Shown piece by piece: positions 61,039 to 64,000 of a DNA stretch of 64,000 bases. This DNA comes from Chloroflexota bacterium (lineage in GTDB: Bacteria > Chloroflexota > Dehalococcoidia > Lucifugimonadales > JADFKI01): positions 1 through 64,000 of the forward strand of contig JAQBUT010000014.1 in NCBI GenBank assembly GCA_027623195.1, read 5' to 3'. Position 1 is the stretch's first letter. Each line of letters opens with the position of its first letter. The notes below the pieces were generated by a model. The model was given only the letters and a program-made list of their open reading frames with translations. It did no database searches and was not told where the DNA came from. Made by a program: the position numbers and the translations under genes.

Positions 61039-61287
61039 TTACCGGGACAGGCCAAAGTACTCGTAGTTCATGTCAATGTACTTGCGCCACTCCTCCGGGG
61101 TGTCATCCTCGGCGAAAATCGCCACCACGGGGCAAACCGGCTCACATGCCGCGCAGTCAATGCACTCATCAGGGTTGATGAAGTACATGTTGTCGTCATC
61201 GGTGGTATAGATACAATCCACCGGACAGACGTCTACACATGCAGCGTCCTTCAGATCAACGCACGGCTCGGCGATAATATATGTCAT
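61039..61287 (-). CDS. FdxA-type dicluster ferredoxin
   Basis: EPCVD.KD.ACVDVCPVDCI...ECIDCAACEPVCP. Confidence 0.93.
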   Translation of the reverse strand: MTYIIAEPCVDLKDAACVDVCPVDCIYTTDDDNMYFINPDECIDCAACEPVCPVVAIFAEDDTPEEWRKYIDMNYEYFGLSR

Positions 61288-61418
61288 CTCTTGTGGAAAC
61301 CTCCTGCTCGGCAATGCAGCGTTCTGCTGCGCCCATAGATTATAAATGTGTGCCGCATCCGCTTTCAAGCATTTCACGCATGGGCATCCATTTTCTGGCT
61401 TCAGTCTACACCTTTATC

Positions 61419-62696
61419 TTATCGGATTACACCCTTTTGTCTTAGTTCATTTAACTTCTGATCGTCGTAACCCAAACCTCGGAGGATATCTACGGTGCTC
61501 TCTCCAAGCGCAGGGGAGGCGCTCTGCGCTTCCAGAGGCGTTTCGCTCATCTTAACCAGCGGCCCTACCATAGTTACCTTGCCCGCTTGGGTGTGCTCCA
61601 GCTCCACAACAAGACCATTAGAGACCACCTGCTCGTCAGCCAGTAACTCTTCCACAAAACGAACGGGACCCGCAGGCACACCAGCTGCGTCCAATAACTC
61701 TAGCCAATCCGAGACGGTCTTTTTCAGAAATATTTCTTCCGCCTGGCCCACAAGGCGCAAATTGAAGGCCTGAGTCTCCTCGCTGTACATGTCATATCCT
61801 GGCTGAAATCTGATGTCATCCAGGCCGAGTACGTCTACCATTCGCTTACGCAGTGGGTCGCTAAGGCAACCTACGGCCAGGACGCCGTCCTTGGCCTGAT
61901 ATGTCCTGTAGTAGGCATTTTCCGCCCGACGACGCCCGGGGTCGAAGGTATCCAGGTAGTGCTGATGGACATCCTTATAGGGTGCGCCAGCTTCTCGCAA
62001 AAGTGCCAGGGACTCCAAAAAATCGCCCGTACGCTCCCGATCAACCATGTCCACCTGCGTAAAGCGCATAGCTTGGAGGGCCAACGCGGTACCCAATAAG
62101 GTTGTCTCTACCTTCTGGCCTTTGCCCGTCTGCTCTCGGCTGTAAAGGGCAGCGCAGACCGACCAGGCGATGGTAATGCCCGTCGAAAAGTCCGCCAGAG
62201 GCGTAGACTGCACCGGCTGCGGCACGCCATTGGCAATCTTGTCCTCTGCGGCCATCAACCCCGTCATGGCCTGGGCAATGATGTCGTAGCCTGGGCGGTC
62301 ACTATGAGGGCCATGCCTGCCGAAGGCCGTGGTTTCGCAGTAGATAAGAGCAGGGTTAATTTTGGATAAGGTCTCGTAGTCGATTCCCAGGTTGTTGGGC
62401 ACATCCGGGCGAGAATTAATTATCACCACATCCATATCGGGAACCATCTTATAGACGATTTCCCTGGCCTCAGGCTTAGTTAAGTCCAGCGTTAGACTCT
62501 TCTTGCCGCGATTGATCCCAATAAAAGTCTTGCTTTCGTTAGGCATGAAGGGCTGCGCGAACCTCCAGGGCTCACCCCAGGGCGGCTCCACTTTAATTAC
62601 GTCCGCCCCCATGTCGCTTAGCAGCATGCCGCTAAATGGGCCGGCAATGATTTCCGTGAACTCCAGCACCTTTACGCCATCCAGTGGTCCCGGCAT
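61419..62696 (-). CDS. Family III CoA-transferase
   Basis: AGPF...LSDMGADVIKVEP, NRGKKSLTLDL, PGYD, PLADF. Confidence 0.92.
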   Translation of the reverse strand: MPGPLDGVKVLEFTEIIAGPFSGMLLSDMGADVIKVEPPWGEPWRFAQPFMPNESKTFIGINRGKKSLTLDLTKPEAREIVYKMVPDMDVVIINSRPDVPNNLGIDYETLSKINPALIYCETTAFGRHGPHSDRPGYDIIAQAMTGLMAAEDKIANGVPQPVQSTPLADFSTGITIAWSVCAALYSREQTGKGQKVETTLLGTALALQAMRFTQVDMVDRERTGDFLESLALLREAGAPYKDVHQHYLDTFDPGRRRAENAYYRTYQAKDGVLAVGCLSDPLRKRMVDVLGLDDIRFQPGYDMYSEETQAFNLRLVGQAEEIFLKKTVSDWLELLDAAGVPAGPVRFVEELLADEQVVSNGLVVELEHTQAGKVTMVGPLVKMSETPLEAQSASPALGESTVDILRGLGYDDQKLNELRQKGVIR

Positions 62697-63074
62697 GCCA
62701 TTTCCTCTATTTATGTATCACAAGGCGGTTTTACACAGCCCCATAAAGCCGCGCACAGCCTAGTCTGAAGTAGTATGCAGCCTCTCACACCTATGTCAAG
62801 CGCATAGGAAGGGCTGCCATGGAAGGGCCTTTTACCAGTCTACGAACACTAGAACGTCTGATTTTTAAGGCCAATCGCCATTAGGTTACGAGGCACAAAG
62901 ACCCTTATCTACCCATTCCACACCAGTCTCATTCCCCAGGCCAACGTGGGAGTATTCCAGGCGAAGTATTATACCTTCAGGATGCCTTCCACGCCTTTAC
63001 CATACGGCGGCATTACATCGGGTACTTAGTTGAGACTACAGCTTGAGGTACATTCCACCCCAATTACGTGCTGT

Positions 63075-63121
63075 TCACAAACCTCTCACAAACCCGTTGC
63101 ACACGAAATGGCTGGTACTTT
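63075..63121 (+). promoter_or_regulatory. 11-bp-phased direct repeat plus extended -10-like element upstream of the peptide gene
   Basis: TCACAAACC at 63075-63083 and 63086-63094; TGgTACTTT at 63113-63121. Confidence 0.55.
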
Positions 63122-63231
63122 ACTCGAAACGAGCTTGAAAACACGGCGACTGAGCCAGTAATCAGGCTTCAAATTCGGTTCCAATTGCCACCCCGAATTA
63201 ACGAGGTGAGTAAATTAGGAGGAGGAAAGAA

Positions 63232-63477
63232 ATGACACAGTGGTTGAAGAAGGCGAAAATCACGGTTGCGACCGGAGCAATGGCTCTGGTTCTAGTGGGC
63301 ACTGCTGCACAGGGCATCGTTCAGGCGGGCTCTGCTGAAGCTAGCCTTGGTCACGATGCCGAACTGGTCAGCGGCACGGTGTACCACGATCAGGACGCCA
63401 AGCGTGGCGAAAGGTTCAAGAAAAGCGACTCCGACAGCACTTTTGGGGTTGGTGGACGACGCTGGAGCAGCGACTAG
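63232..63477 (+). CDS. Small secreted-type peptide (81 aa) ending GGRRWSSD
   Basis: AGGAGGAGG RBS; basic N-region, hydrophobic stretch, AxA-type sites (AEA); charged C-terminal part. Confidence 0.8.
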   Translation: MTQWLKKAKITVATGAMALVLVGTAAQGIVQAGSAEASLGHDAELVSGTVYHDQDAKRGERFKKSDSDSTFGVGGRRWSSD

Positions 63478-63496
63478 TCCTTAGGGATTAAAGCAA

Positions 63497-63544
63497 TAGG
63501 TCACTCATCAGCCGCCGCATTGTCGTGGGCTGATGAGTGACCTA
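63497..63544 (+). other. 17-bp perfect inverted repeat between the peptide and sensor genes
   Basis: taggtcactcatcagcc / ggctgatgagtgaccta, 14-nt loop, no U-tract. Confidence 0.85.
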
Positions 63545-63597
63545 AAGAATCAATCGTAAAACGACTCATCATAAATTCTGTTTATCGGTTATTTAAG

Positions 63598-64000
63598 TTG
63601 AACAAGCAATTTAGAACATGGACATATATATCGGCAGTGGTTGCGGTCTCCGCATCCATTGTGGGTATCACGGCCACGATCTGGCCCTTGTCGGAAAGCA
63701 GCACGCCTATCTGGATGCTGCTTATGCTGACAGGCCTGGTCACCCTGGCCGGCCGATTCCCAATCCAACTGTCCATACAGGCAGACGCCTCTTTGCGCGT
63801 TGTGCCTATGTTCATGGCTGTACTGCTTGTTAGCCCTGCGGAGGCAGCCCTCGTAGGCGCTGCAGGTGCAATAGTCTCTGAAGTGCTTCTGAGGACGCCC
63901 GTTCGGGCCGTCCTATTCAACTCCGGCGTCGACACCATAGCGACTGGCGCCGCAGCTATAGTTTTCATCAGTCTACGGCCAGAGGCGGCAGCGCTGTCTC
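63598..64000 (+). CDS. N-terminus of a polytopic membrane protein, MASE-like sensor domain (partial; not in the ORF track)
   Basis: Open frame to the edge from TTG: NKQFRTWTYISAVVAV...LAGRFPIQL...MAVLLVSPAEAALVGAAG...RAVLFNSG; several TM segments. Confidence 0.75.
   Translation, partial: MNKQFRTWTYISAVVAVSASIVGITATIWPLSESSTPIWMLLMLTGLVTLAGRFPIQLSIQADASLRVVPMFMAVLLVSPAEAALVGAAGAIVSEVLLRTPVRAVLFNSGVDTIATGAAAIVFISLRPEAAALS

Noticed and set aside
63582..63968. Minus-strand 128-aa and plus-strand 71-aa track ORFs at the right edge
   Set aside because: Both overlap the better-supported open TM-encoding frame starting at 63598

Overview
Gene-dense, moderately GC-rich bacterial chromosomal window. 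Gene content suggests Chloroflexota, probably Dehalococcoidia/SAR202-like; this is an inference from the two luciferase-like monooxygenases, three family III CoA-transferases, tandem class III aminotransferases and futalosine-type menaquinone genes. Most of the window is core genome: tRNA-Met/Val/Leu, purA, dapA-asd, dapB, rpsO-pnp, cmk-plsC-glmS, ubiD/ubiA/ubiX-like genes, Ktr/Trk K+ uptake, pheA, rpmB-hemA, fakA-fakB-recG, aconitase and ferredoxin. The most notable items are: (1) at the right edge, a small secreted-type peptide ending GGRRWSSD, preceded by an 11-bp-phased direct repeat and followed by a 17-bp hairpin and a membrane-sensor-like gene, a candidate peptide signalling module; (2) an MfnB homologue fused to a TusA-like domain next to a divergent class I aldolase; (3) a Ser/Thr kinase whose extracellular domain looks like a catalytically dead metallopeptidase, paired with an FHA-wHTH regulator; (4) a pentapeptide-repeat/TIR gene between dapB and asd; (5) two interrupted genes (a G9 frameshift and an in-frame TAA); (6) an IS3-like/SDR remnant at the tRNA 3' end. 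All family calls come from motif recognition by eye; no database searches were run.
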